64,000 nucleotides of DNA from Bugula neritina (taxonomy: Eukaryota; Animalia; Bryozoa), in assembly GCA_964035545.1 (NCBI GenBank), contig OZ037769.1, positions 15,220,633 through 15,284,632 on the forward strand, written 5' to 3'. Below are positions 1 to 38,059 of the stretch, one piece after another (the stretch's first letter is position 1; each line of letters starts with the position of its first letter). The notes beneath the pieces are model-generated. The model was given only the letters and a program-made list of their open reading frames with translations, was not told the DNA's origin and made no database searches. The translations under genes and the position numbers were made by a program.

Positions 1-10
1 ATGATTAGTG

Positions 11-550
11 CACAGGATAGTTTGGGCATCCTCACTGAGAATATCATAAATTTCGCTCACAATCTAGTTTAAGTTCTTGTTATGTTGATGCTATGTGGGT
101 GGTATGCGTGTTGCCTACTTGTGATTGTTTAGCCTGAGATTACACTATGAATAGTAAGCAGTCATCAACATTCCATCTTCTCATCTCTACGTGTTCACTG
201 AAGCGCGAAGTGCTGTGCATTGGTGATTGCTAAGGGAAAAATATTTCATTTCAGTGTGTAAATCACTAATTTGTAGAAAATCTATGAAGGCTATTGAAAG
301 GATCAAAAAATTTGCTATGCATAAATTTATCAGGTTTCCGACAGTGTTTGTTCTATTCCAATACCATACTTTCCTGCTGAGATATTTGGCAGATTTTGAA
401 AAATAAACTTTTAAGATAAAATTGGCTAAAATGGGTAGTTTTTTGTCTATAACTTTGCAAAAAAAGTATTGAAAACTCGAAAAAGCAGGTGCTCTGAGGA
501 ACAGGAAGATCTACAACATGGTTTTTAAATTTTTATTCTAGCACAATTAG
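11..550 (-). mobile_element. Partial copy of the CAC-terminal non-autonomous DNA transposon also found at 54535-55289
   Basis: Starts CACAGGATAGTTTGGGCATCCT. The following sequence is a diverged reverse complement of 54630-55289. Second TIR not seen, so the right boundary is approximate. Confidence 0.7.
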
Positions 551-1607
551 GCAGTGACAGCTAGAAGGTTGCCCTTATCTATCTTGTGTGGACTTGTATT
601 TTGTCAATAAGCAATGGAATTTAAAAAAACCAACATGAAATCCAGAAATAAAATCAAAATGTCTTCAAGAAACAGTACCAGTTGTGTAGGAGAGGTTAAC
701 GGTCTACAGGTACTATGTCCACATTTTGCTCAAAAACCTAGCGTTATTGCATGTTAATTATCAATGCAATGAGGTTTTGCAAACTGTACGCCACCATAAG
801 TAACCGTTTATGTTTGATTGTACTAACTAACATTTGGCTTTATATTTAATCATCTTCTAGGTTAACACATATTAAACCTGTCAAATTTTTTCATTTGGGG
901 TATGTTTCCTTGATGTGTCTAGTGAAAGTTCAGGGGTTTTACTTTAAAACCAAGCTAACATACTCTTCTTGGGTGTGCTTTATTGTGTGTTAGAAGGCGT
1001 GGTGGTATCTCCTTATGGTTTAGACTAATACTCTAATAAACTCCAATTAGGTTTTTAACCAATTTCTGCTTGCCAATGAGTTATCAATTCAAATTGCTCT
1101 TTATAAATAACAAACACACATTTTCTGACTTGCAATCTGCCTCTCTTCTGATCTAGTATTCTTTTTCTGGGCACGTCAGTCTATTAGTTAATAATAAAAT
1201 AATCAGGTTGCAATTGGAGAGCACTTGTTACCTTCCTCTATCCTTCCATCTTTTTGAGATCTTCAGCAATTTTTCTGTACAGGCTGGACTTGGTGCATGT
1301 CAGAACAAACCTAACTGCAGTTGAGTAAGACTACATTTAAAATTACAGTCAACAAGTATGGGACAATACTGAATATTTATATAGTTTGCAGCAATGCCCA
1401 GTCGTCATGTATAAGCTGGTATGGTATGAAAATAACAGTGAGGTGCACATTTCAACACAGATTTTTTCAGAAGAATTAGAATTCACAATGGCTTTAAATT
1501 GCATAAATTTGCATCAGAAGAGCCCTGAGGGCTTCGGTGGCCGGGGCGCTGCCCGGACCCCCGGCCTGAGAGTATGGCCTAGAATATTTTTGCCACTACA
1601 TCCCTGT

Positions 1608-2050
<443 letters not shown>

Positions 2051-2135
2051 CATCATTAGAATACACTCTTTTTTAATGGGTCCGTCTGCTGCTCACTGTA
2101 TCTCATTGTATCTGTTTTACAATAGTCTGTGTTAA

Positions 2136-2825
2136 CCCTTTCGCGATCAACTTTGAAGTTACATAATTTTATGCCTCGTTTGAGTTTATCGCTAAATTTT
2201 CTAACAAATTTTGCATAACTTTCAATTTCATTATTAAAAAGTTACACTTGATTTTGGCCTTAAATAAACTGGGTATTATAATTTTAAGAGTATTTTCTAT
2301 TATAAAAAGCTTCTTAAAGTGACGGGAGACCTTAATTCTAGCTAAAATCATTCATTTTAATTTGACCTCTCAAAACCGCCATTTTAAAATTGAAAATTCA
2401 AAATGATAAAATTAATTTATAATATGATTCAAAATATAGTGACTTTAACATTTCTGTTTATTTAGATGTTCTTCTAAATGTAATCTGAATAAAATAAACT
2501 GGCTCCCTATAATTTGACAGCAGTTTCTTGCATTTGAAAGCAGCGTTAAAAGTTACCGATAATTTTGAAACTTAGGGATTAAATTGAAAAGCAACTAGCT
2601 GGCTTGGTAGCTATTAATTTAATCAAATTTAATGGCTATAATTATCCCAAAATTACCAAGCTGCACTATCAACATCAATTACAAAAACTTCTAGGCTGTT
2701 CGGTTGAAAACTGGAAGTTTAAAGTAAACGCTATTGTTTAGTTACCTAAAAGACCATATATGGTCCATTGATCTGTGGATAGTGTCGCTTTGAGGGACAT
2801 ATATGGTCCATTGATCGCGTAAGGG
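2136..2825. mobile_element. piggyBac-type MITE
   Basis: TTAA on both sides (2132-2135, 2826-2829); TIR CCCTTTCGCGATCAA / TTGATCGCGTAAGGG (14/15); subterminal direct repeat CATATATGGTCCATTGATC twice; no ORF. Confidence 0.85.
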
Positions 2826-3249
2826 TTAAGTTCATATGCAGCACTGCATAGTTCACTATATCATTGATTTCCTTTTAACTGTTGCTTGTGTCCTCTGTGC
2901 TTTGCATTCTGGAAACTTGACTCTTTTTCTAAATATTTTTGGCTGTTTTTACCCCAAACTTTTTTTGAGCCATTTCTAGAGCCCAGGCTTGTCTTTCACC
3001 ACAAAGATTTGTTCAAACATTTCCTCCAATTTTTATAAAAAAATCCCTTTTATTTTCTGTAAATTTTTACCACCTAATTTTTTTAACTTGCATTATTGCA
3101 TGGTTTGTGTTTGATGCTAGAAATATGCCATTGTACACCAGAAGTTGATATTGGGTTGCCACTGCCTTCTCAGGTATTGAGTTACAATTGTTCACATTAC
3201 CCATTTGTGTTTTTCGCGCCTTAGTTTAGCTATAGTTTCTGTTTTATTT

Positions 3250-3600
3250 TCCACAAATGAATTTGCACAGTGTCTCTTTTTTCTTAATAAAGAAAGTATT
3301 TACAATTGCCAAATAATGTATGTATGCTCCATACTTAGTAATTGATCACCTTCTTCATTTCCGCATCCATAACTTTCTGTTATAACTATGCCATCTTATA
3401 ATACATACACATTTCACTTTCTACTTTCTACCCACACGCCTGTTTAAATCTCCTTATATACCACCACCATCTCTTCAGTCTCTGGTATAATATTCATTTC
3501 TTCTTTTAGTTGGCTCCAGAAAAAAAATCTTCTCCTCTTGGTCACAGCCTTGTTGCAATGCATATACTGATATAATATTGTTTGCTTTGCGTTTTTCTGA
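3250..3600 (-). mobile_element. Degraded LINE (RTE-like) APE endonuclease remnant
   Basis: Minus-strand translation across frameshifts gives IISVYALQQGCDQEEK...GDLNRRVG, matching the APE motifs S.YAP and GDFNA.VG. Confidence 0.6.
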
Positions 3601-3912
3601 TCTTATTATACATATTAGTTTACTGCTTTAATTTGTATTTATATCTTTTTTCTAAAACTCCAAGACAGTTGTATGAGAGCCTACTGCAAGGTATATTGTT
3701 ATACCTGTTCAGATCATGCAAACTGATCTATATGTGTCCTTTCTTTTCTCTCTTTTTATAATTATTTTGGCGCACTTTCGTTTTCTTACTACAAATTTCA
3801 GTAGTTTGGATAATAATGTTCTAAGAAAAATAATTTGAGTTGATTAAACTAAATATGTTATTCACCTGCATAAAAATATTTTGACACATGGTAAATTATT
3901 AATTTTTTTTAG

Positions 3913-6900
3913 ATGTGTTTTACATTTGTCAATAACCGTAACTTAGAAGGCAAAGCTGGCAACTCCTTCAACACACTAGTTGTAGTACATCGAGATTGGC
4001 AAGTATGGTGCCAGGAAAGAACTTTTCTCAGATTTGGTACAATTTAAAATTCAAAATATAATAACTTTGATTTAAAAATCAACTCAGAATGCATATTTGT
4101 TCAACTATATCAATCATATTTGACTCAAAAATCAATTTCTCTGCATGTATTGAGTATTTTAAAACTAATTTCTAACTACATGCTTAAACTATTATATAAT
4201 CTCTATATCTCAATGGAAAGGCAACAAGATTTTAGCAAAAATTATACGTGAGAACTTTTATCTGGAAACTTTGAATGAAAAATATTATTAGATGTGAGAT
4301 GCTCCATATCTCTAGAGCATAACTTTGCTAATGTACCAATTACTATTTTACATAGGAAAAAAGCAAAATTAATGCAACCATCCCAATGATGCAAAAAGCC
4401 TTTTAAACATGCTATGAATTCATGTGTCCCACTCCTGGTCGAAATATTCAACAGTGTGATGCTAAAGCCAGAGATGCAGTTACCTCAGGTAATTCTATGA
4501 ACGCATGTGTTTCAGTTTAAAATATTTACATTTTAAATATATTAGGTCAATCTTCTGTATTAAGGTATAAATTAAGCATCAAATTGCAATTAAGCAAGTT
4601 GTATTTGACTATCATAAAGTGAGCTTCAACATGAATATAATTTCAACAATATAAACTAAATAAACGTGTACTCGGAAACGTGAGGTTAACTAAAAGATGC
4701 ATGGTACTTTCTACAACAAAGGTATAAATGTCCCCTTATATTTTATAAATAATTGGCTATCATAGTAATTCAAATGTAATGTACATACTTGTTATAGAAG
4801 ACTTGGTTTAGACTGGTTCATTTTAAAAAATAAACAAGCTGAAATAATGCAATATTGATGCTTTCCCTTATTATTGCAACCTGCATGTGAAAAATATACT
4901 GACAGCAGTGATATATATTGCATCCTTATTTCTATAGATATGCTTTGTACAAAAAAATTAATACCTTATTATAAAATGTCTGGCATAGGTTGAATTAGCA
5001 CGCTGGAAACTACTGGAAAATATTCAAAATAAAATTTGTATTATAAAAACAAGACACATAGCAAATGTTGAGTTTTAAGTTGATCTTATTCATTTTGTGT
5101 GTTTAGATGTTTTTAAGGAGTTATCTATTTGTAAAATTGCACAAAACCAATGGCATATGGGTATAATTTGCTTACCCATGTATCGGTATATGTAAAAAAG
5201 AAAAACTATTTCTGATCTACTTGTATACTATAAGATGACACGATAGTATTATTTAGGTTAATTTATAGTTTAGATTTTGTTATAAATCATTGGCTATAGA
5301 TGTAATGCTCTGCCCAAATTGGTAGAGCTATAATATATAGCCTAACTAGCAAATATATACAATTAAATTCAAAGCACTGTATATATAACTAAGTTTGAGC
5401 AATGAATAAACATATTTTTCAATAATTTTGAACTGGTAATTAAGTAAGAATTGATTTTTAGAGCCCTCAAAACTAGCAAAGACATTCTAATAGAATAAAC
5501 AAAATTTTTTAAAGACTTCCACACTGATTATCTGGTAGAATATTTCTACCCATTAGGACTCCAACCTCTAATCATTAAACTATACAAGCTACTATATATA
5601 TAGGTATTCTAAAAGCTGCAATATATAGACGGTTCATAAAAAGGCATGACTTCACTTGCTGTTTTTACTTGTTTGTTATAAATTTTGCACTGTTACTTGT
5701 TTAATTGAAACAATAGCATCGTTTTTGTCATGCAAATATTACATTTCTTTTAGAATTAATAACAAACATTGACAGCAGGGAGTTTTTGGAATATGCAGTG
5801 GAACTTGGTTTACTCCTATTTAAGGAGATACCTGGTAGGGATGCTTTTAAGTACTTTAGCAAGGATCAGTTAACAAATGCAATAAATGTAAGTACACCAT
5901 TTAATTTGACACGCTAGTTTTGTGTTGTGTTATTAAATTTGGTAAATCTGGAGACTGTGTTATCCTAGGCAATACAGCAAACTTTTTATTTTGATATGTT
6001 ATATATACATTTTATTTAATCTTACATTTCTTTTGTATTATAATTCGAACAATTTTGAGGACAATTCAGTAAAGACATTTTATAATAGATAGTGAATAAA
6101 AAAAGACTTTTTCGGATGCTTCAAAAACTGCTCTCTGCCTGGATCAAACTTTAAAATTTAGAAAAACTAGTTAGCAATATGAAGAGTGGAATATTCTAAT
6201 TCAGATTTCCTAAAAGCAACAATATCTTACCTATTTAATCGAAGTAATCAAATTTTTTACAAGTTCAAATTTCATTTGCTGATTTATTTAGTAGCCATTA
6301 GGAAACGTTTTGCTTTGATTTTATATTTGAGGTTTTTTGTAGTATTTAGTCAGCAATTATTTGTTGTTTACTATATAGATATTAAAAATACAAAAGTTGA
6401 AATTAAAAACTATCCAGCAGAATAATATCTCATTTTTTATAGAAAAACTAAACTGCAGTTTTTTAATACTCCAACAAGTTTTGACAGAAACACATAAAAT
6501 TCAGCAATTGTGAGTGTTTCATATTTTTTTTTGCTTCTAAAAAATCAACCAGGCTTGAAGTTGAGTAGCAAAAGTAGCAGCTGTGCAAGGTGAGTTGCAT
6601 GAAGCTATTAGTTTGACAAACTATGCAATTAGTGGGCCTAACATGACCAGCAATTTTGCTATTTAAAACTTTTATTCGCTTAATCAGTGAATGGGTTTGA
6701 TAAAAAGTGCTTAGACTGTTTGAAGTTTATAAGAAAATTTATATATTTTTCATAATTATTTCAATACTTTCTAAAATAGTATTGCGTGGAAATCTATTAA
6801 CCATTGTTATAATTACATGTATAATGTTTTTGTAAAATTATACGGAGAAGTTGTTTATAACAGTGACATATCATTTTTGAAGAGCTTAGAAAAGTATTTT

Positions 6901-7567
6901 GGACAAGGTGTCGACAACTTGCATTTTGGATCTCCTGCTGAGTTTCTTGGGTACAGAGCCGTTGATGAATGTTTTAAAAGTTTGATGTCTGATGCCAAAA
7001 CAACGGAAAAGAATTTTGTCGTTACTGCGAAGGTAGATTTGAACTTGATATGCAAAATATTTAGTGTCCTTATGTAATTATAAGCCAGTTGGATGTTTTA
7101 TCCATAAAATGAGCATTCAGGTCAAAATAATTTATACAAGTCTTGTATACTAAATAAATTGAAAACTGCAGAAAAAAATCAAACAATTAGAAAAAGTTGA
7201 AATGTTTAAAAAACTTTTTTTACACTTTACACTAAATGCAGAGTAGGTCGCTCATTTAAATTTAAAGTTGTTACTGTTCTTAAGTCAACTTTGATTTATC
7301 AATATAAATTATCATAGGAGACAATTGTAGCCAGTTATACTTTGAAACAAATTCATAAGTATAATGCAGCATTCAGGCCATTAACATGCTAATGTTATTA
7401 AAAAAATAATAAGCCGGTCAATTATTATTTATAATAATCATTTTCATCATTCTATATATTCAATTTTGAGTTCTTTGGCATATTGAGATAATCAGCTTTT
7501 TATTGTGTAAATATAAACAAATTTTATATATACAGTATATATACAGTATATATACAGTATATATACA

Positions 7568-7640
<73 letters not shown>

Positions 7641-9417
7641 CTGTTTTGTTAAAGTTTTTATATATTTAAAGATGAGTGAGGAAAGTATTGAAAAATTCTT
7701 TGATGAAAAGAAGAAAGCTGCAAAAGCAAGATTGTCTAAACTTCAACAAAAGTTACAGGTTGAACACCCAGCGATAGAAGAAACGCTTGTGTGAGTTGTC
7801 CTAAGTTTATTAAACCTATAACAGTAGCTTTTCTTGAAAAATGTTTAGTAAAATCTTACTGCTCTTTGTTAACTATGTGTTGTGACATGAATCACTGTAG
7901 CTCAAGAACTGGAGGAGAAAAATAAAATGTATTTACCCTACTCAGAACCTCATTTTGCATGAAGATAGGCACTAATTTTAAAGTTATTTATTGTCAAAAT
8001 AATTGCTAAGTTGTTAACTGGTAAAGGTTTAGGATAGTTAATTAGAATCAAGTGACATTCATTCCAAATACAAACTAAAATCAATAATAGTGTATGAAAA
8101 AAATATAATAGGTTGCATTTCATTCACAACTTCCAATTCTTTTACAAAAAATATATATTTTAGTCATAAATAAGTAGATTTTCTTTGGCCAAATACAATA
8201 AAAAACTAATTATTATCATATACTCTGTTAAATCTGTGATAAGGGTTTCTACTACACATTTAGGCAGCTTTATTTAAAAACACTTTATTTATGCATATTA
8301 TACTTGTACGAAAAAAAAACCTGCAAATTACTAAGTGTCTGCTTTTTAAACTGGCCTATGGTTTGTCATCAAAGAAGCCCTATATAGGAAAATGTAATTG
8401 TGTTTGACTAAGTCAAACACTTTTTTTTAAATATTGAATTACAAGTTTGATTACTATTTTATGCGCTCAAACTAGGTCTTAGTTGTAATTACTTTTGTGA
8501 ACAATATAATGTAGAAATATATTAATTGAGCTGCAAAATATATATAGGTCCCCTGTGAATAAATAAGTAAAAATTAATAAGGGACTTTTAGAAGTTATTA
8601 ACAACTGTTGACTTCTTTCTTGATAGAAATTATAGGATTGCATATAAGTTTGTGTAGTTTCAAAATAATGAGTTTCTTTTGCTGCTAAAGAAAGTTTTAA
8701 AGATCATTAGAAAACCTTGTTGTTGAGAATTTAATTTTTTAAGTTTTAAAATATACAAATATCAAATAAAAGATATAAACTTAATTCTTTCTAAAACAGA
8801 AATCATTATGAAAAATAGCATAGCAACATATAACACACATTTAATACATTTTTCTCATCAAAAAAATCAAATGACAATTAATTTATTTTTCAATGAATCA
8901 ATCAACTAACAGCTGCATGTGTGCAATTATCAGCACAGTATTCCATTGATCAAAGTTTAAGTATTGGAAGTGATTCTTCCTGCAAGTTGTTCCGCAATCC
9001 TAGTTGCAATATTAGGTTTTGGTCTTTAAATAATTAAAGCATATAATAGTCAGGAACACAAGCATCTATCATATGTTGAAGGAAAAAATATAGTTGAATT
9101 TGAATTGTAGCGCTTCAGAGCAGTCCCTAGAACAAGAATATGAAGAACTGAAGAGCCAAAAGATTAAACAATTGCAGAATGCAGTATGGCTGACTCGTGC
9201 AACAGTTGTTACTACTGGTGCTGCAGCTTTGGGAGTAGGTGTAGCAACAGGGGGGTTTGGTGCCGCTCCTTTGCTTGCCGCAACTATTCTTGAAGCAGGC
9301 GGTACTGCTGCTGCTGTAGGGTCAGCAATTGCAACAGGGTATGGAACTCTAGCTGTCGGCACTGCAGCTAATGAAGTATCTGAAAAAATTTTTTATGAAG
9401 AAAAGAAAGACAAATAG
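3913..9417 (+). pseudogene. Atlastin/GBP-like (GB1/RHD3 family) GTPase pseudogene, 3' exons
   Basis: Exons ~3913-4037 (FNTLVVVHRDW, then an 11-nt deletion relative to the paralogue), ~4356-4488 (CYEFMCPTPGRNIQ, in-frame TAA at 4404-4406), 5754-5887, ~6780-7032, ~7672-7790 and ~9016-9417 (Gly/Ala-rich hydrophobic C-terminus). Each matches an exon of the - strand paralogue. P-loop exons were not found in the window. Confidence 0.75.
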
Positions 9418-9803
9418 ATATTTACATTAAGCTTTTGAATGGCATACTCATCAGAATGATGGTACATTATATTTTTCAATATAATATAGGGCATTATATT
9501 TCATTATAATCGCCACCCTCGCAGGATTACGGCGGTGAAAGGTGACCAAAGGAAAGGTGACCATTATATTTATTTATACCTGTTGTGTTTTCAATAAACT
9601 AATTGAAAATAATAAAAATCATAAAGAGCTTGTCTGTACCAAAAAAATAAAACAATGTTGTTAGAATGATAAAGTTCTGAATACAAAAAAAAATAAAAAT
9701 AAATATATATAATATATATATATATAAAATAAATATATAATATAAATAAAATAATTTTTACATTGTATAAACTGTAAATCAGACAATTCTCCTAATTCTA
9801 GCC

Positions 9804-9981
9804 ATGGTAGGTCAAGTGCTGGAGCCAATCAGTTTTTACTGTAGCCGCCATTTGTGTATTATGGTGTCTGTGGTACCTTATTAGAGCCGTAAGTCTCAAC
9901 TGATGCCATAAGGCAATGTGAAAACTGATTAGCTCTATACTAGTTCTATAAAACAACTGCACTGATCACTTGACCTACCAT
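9804..9981. repeat. Small fold-back / MITE-like inverted repeat
   Basis: ATGGTAGGTCAAGTG (9804-9818) vs CACTTGACCTACCAT (9967-9981); inner AATCAGTTTT / AAAACTGATT. Confidence 0.5.
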
Positions 9982-10379
9982 CACTTATATGCCAAGTTTC
10001 GAAGAAACACATGTGCAGCCTGCAAAACCTTATATAGCAAGTTTACAAGATGTGTTGCATGGGTATAACAGCTAAAACAGCTGTGCTAGTTCTATAGAAA
10101 ACAAATATATAGCTTAAGTTTAATAGCAATGGCTTTGACAAGCTAAGTATATATAACTAGTTTATGTATGCATTTTCAATACTTGGTTTTCTATCTATTT
10201 TTAGTAACATGAGTTACAAAAAGGCCGTTCTGGTTGTTACAATACTAAAAAAATATTCGCACCTCTTTATTGTCATAATTAGGCTTCAATTTTTTTCAAA
10301 AAATGTTGCATTGCATTTAACCCAAACACTAATATAATTTTTTTAAGCTGAATATGCTCTATGGTGCATTGAAATATGA

Positions 10380-10503
<124 letters not shown>

Positions 10504-11984
10504 GATAAATCAAGAAACTGTTAAAAGTGGTTTGATTATTTTATCGAACATTAAATTTATGCTTTTATTGGTTGCAATAAACAATTTAGGTTGGCTTACC
10601 CATACGTCATCTTTTTTAATGGATTCACGGTGGATGGACAAGTGTACCTCTTATAATATTATTGTAATAGTTCAGGTATTATATATATAAGTTATAAGCA
10701 AACTATCACTGTGAGGAGAGACGATTCTGCCATTTTCTTTGAAGATCTTGAAATATACATCATATGGATTGTAAGTATTATTATAGATAAAAATTAAATA
10801 TATGTGTTTTGTGCACTTAATCTCAAATAAATGCTTTGTTATATATAGGTCACACTTTGAACCTCCAATTTTTTAATAACCACATGTATTACTGAAGCAA
10901 CGATTTTAATATTAATTTTAGCCATGCAGTGATGATGTTGTACTATTTGTTAACGTATATTTAATTATTAAACATGAATTGCAAAAGTAAACAAATATCT
11001 TGAATCAATCAACAAAATAGAAAATATTAAGCAGGAAAATTCTTAGTTATATAGAGCAATGATGAAATTACTATGAGCATGCATTTTAGTTTATACTTGA
11101 GTGTACTATTGTATACTATATTCTATATACTATAATGTATATTATTCACATGTAAATAGTATACATTTATATATTCAAATATAAACTAAAATGCATTTTA
11201 TATACTTTCTTATTCTAAATAGTGTCTGAAATTGAAATTAAAACAAACACGCAAATTAAAACATTCGGCTCTGCAGACTATGTATACATTACATCGTTTA
11301 AAATCCTTATTGCATTTGTTTTAAATAATTGCAGTTCACCATGCAGCTTATATCAGTGGAATATTTCAAGGTCACTCAGGAAGTTCCAGAAGATAGCATT
11401 GTGAATCTACCTAGTTATTGCCCCAACTAATTTAAAACAACTATTCTGAACGTTGCATTTAATAATTAGCAGTATGTTAAATTCTATAGTTGCAATATTT
11501 CTTAAGACTGTATGCTCTCTAGTTTTTTTACATGTTTGGTGCATCAATTGATTTCTTTTATTTATTTTAATAATATACATAGTTTAACTGAAAAAAAGCT
11601 CTTTGAAAACTATATAGCTAACATTTTGCAAAAGCACTTATTTTCTTGCTCATTTTAGAAAATTTTTCTGTTACCCTAATTACAATGAATGCACATTTCA
11701 AATGAGCTCTGTTATTAAGTTGTTTATACTAATTTTATTCGCTTTGAAGGCTCTATACATGTTCTGCGTTGTGTTTGTTTCTGTATAAATGTGAATGTGC
11801 ATGTGCATGCCTTTGCTTGCATTTATGGGGGTTAAGTTGTGCATGTGTTTATATAATGTGTATTTTCATAAGCGTGTATAGTTATAAAAGGTTTTATCTG
11901 TAGTAGTGCTACATGTGTCAATTTTAGATTTTAGTGTGCAATTGGTCGATTAACATGTGCTTTTTCCAGCTGTCTAATCAGTTT

Positions 11985-12400
11985 TGTGATATGTGCTATG
12001 GTTTATGAATGATTCATGTTTTAATGAGCCATTCCACGGTTGCCAAGCTGGTCACGTAATTAGAGCTAGCGCAACCACTAACAATAGTTAAAATAGTGGA
12101 TCATGCTGAGAAACGTAGTTTAGTATAATTGTAGTGGCTAGTGAAGCATAAGCATCACGTGCTCACGAGCCAATCCTCACTGAGCGCGTGATTACCCCCC
12201 CCCCCAGCGAAGCAGAAAGGGCTTCCGAATAGTTTTTATAATACAGTTAAAGCGTGATGCTAAATGTACTAGGATAGATGTTTTATATATCTGTGCTACT
12301 CAAATTATACTACTTTTGCTCGTGTACTTAGTGTGTTAAATAAATCTTCTTCTCTCTTATTTACTTGTCTAGTGTTTAGCGATGCAACGTGATAATTACA
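11985..12400 (+). mobile_element. Possible solo LTR
   Basis: TG...CA ends, AATAAA near the 3' end, GC-richer core, imperfect 4-bp flanks GTTT/GTAT. Confidence 0.4.
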
Positions 12401-12653
12401 GTATACACGAATCCCCATGCTTATGATAATTGTGGAAATTATAACATAATTTAATTGAGAATTTTGTTACTAATAGTAAACATGACTGCTGCTGCAAGTT
12501 ATTGTATAATTCAGATATTGACAATTTAAAAGAATATTTCTACTAATTGAAAATTAAGGATTAGTGAAGATTATTGATGACAATAGTAATGATGAACTTA
12601 GTGACAACAGTGATAGAAAAGAGCCAACAAGCCAACAACTGAGACAGTATTGG

Positions 12654-13192
<539 letters not shown>

Positions 13193-13781
13193 TCTCAAGA
13201 TAGTTATAAAGTTGTTCTCATTAGAATGAACTCAGCTCTGAAATATTAATCAAAATATTTTTAATTATTATTTTCATGATCAGCATAAAAAACCACCACT
13301 AGTAACTAACTTTTAGGCTGATGGAGCTCATTAAAGACACTGTTGCTAGGTAGATAAACAACAAATTTAACACAATTTTGGGTACCCGAACTTTAACTAT
13401 TAATTACTCGCAATAAAGAAAGTATTTTGTTATGGACTTCTGTGTGCATAACCTGACATATTTCTAGTTCTATTTGACTGATTTTAAAAATTTAAAGTGC
13501 TATGTGATCACAAAGTCCTGCTCTATTTATCTAGTACACCAAAAAACAAAAAGAACAGCAGCAGTCACAAATATCTAAGTTTGCAGAAAAGTTAGGTCAT
13601 CGATGACCTAACTTTTCTTCAAGTATATATAGTTATGTTTAGTATAATCATGTTTTGAAGTGTTTTAATGCATATAACCAGATGTTTTTCAAGGAACAAA
13701 CAGAAGCTAACTCCTCTAACTCCTACTTTCAGGGAGCCGGGATATAGGTTACATACACACTGAAAGTCAACAATTCTATAC

Positions 13782-13824
<43 letters not shown>

Positions 13825-14225
13825 CTTTCATTATGCACCATAATTTATTTGTGGAAATTTTATCCTATATTTTTTATTTAAACCTAATAAATTAACCAGG
13901 CAAGCCATGCACTTAATAATTCAGATATCTGGATGAATGAATTTAGACAATTTCCTGCGTTATAAGCCTCATACAAAATATTTGCATCATTTTTCAAAAA
14001 ACGTCATACAATATGGCAGTTGAATTTTATTAGAAGCCCAATATTCTTATTTCTTACAAGCAATATTCTATGATTACAGATAAAAATAATTCTAGGTAAA
14101 CTACTTATTCTAGTTATAAATACTAACCAGCAACAGCCAAAACATGTTCACGATATTACAACAGATTGTCTTCAGATACATAACGTGCAACCATAACATT
14201 TATATTTCTTAAACTGCACAAATGT

Positions 14226-38059
<23,834 letters not shown>

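Noticed and set aside
1524-1606. GC-rich patch ending CCACTACATCCCTG
   Set aside because: Could be a DNA transposon end, but no matching opposite TIR was found
9069-9362. Antisense or alternative-frame ORFs over real genes (also 14235, 20396, 21668, 45628, 50388 and others)
   Set aside because: Shadows of coding sequence on the other strand
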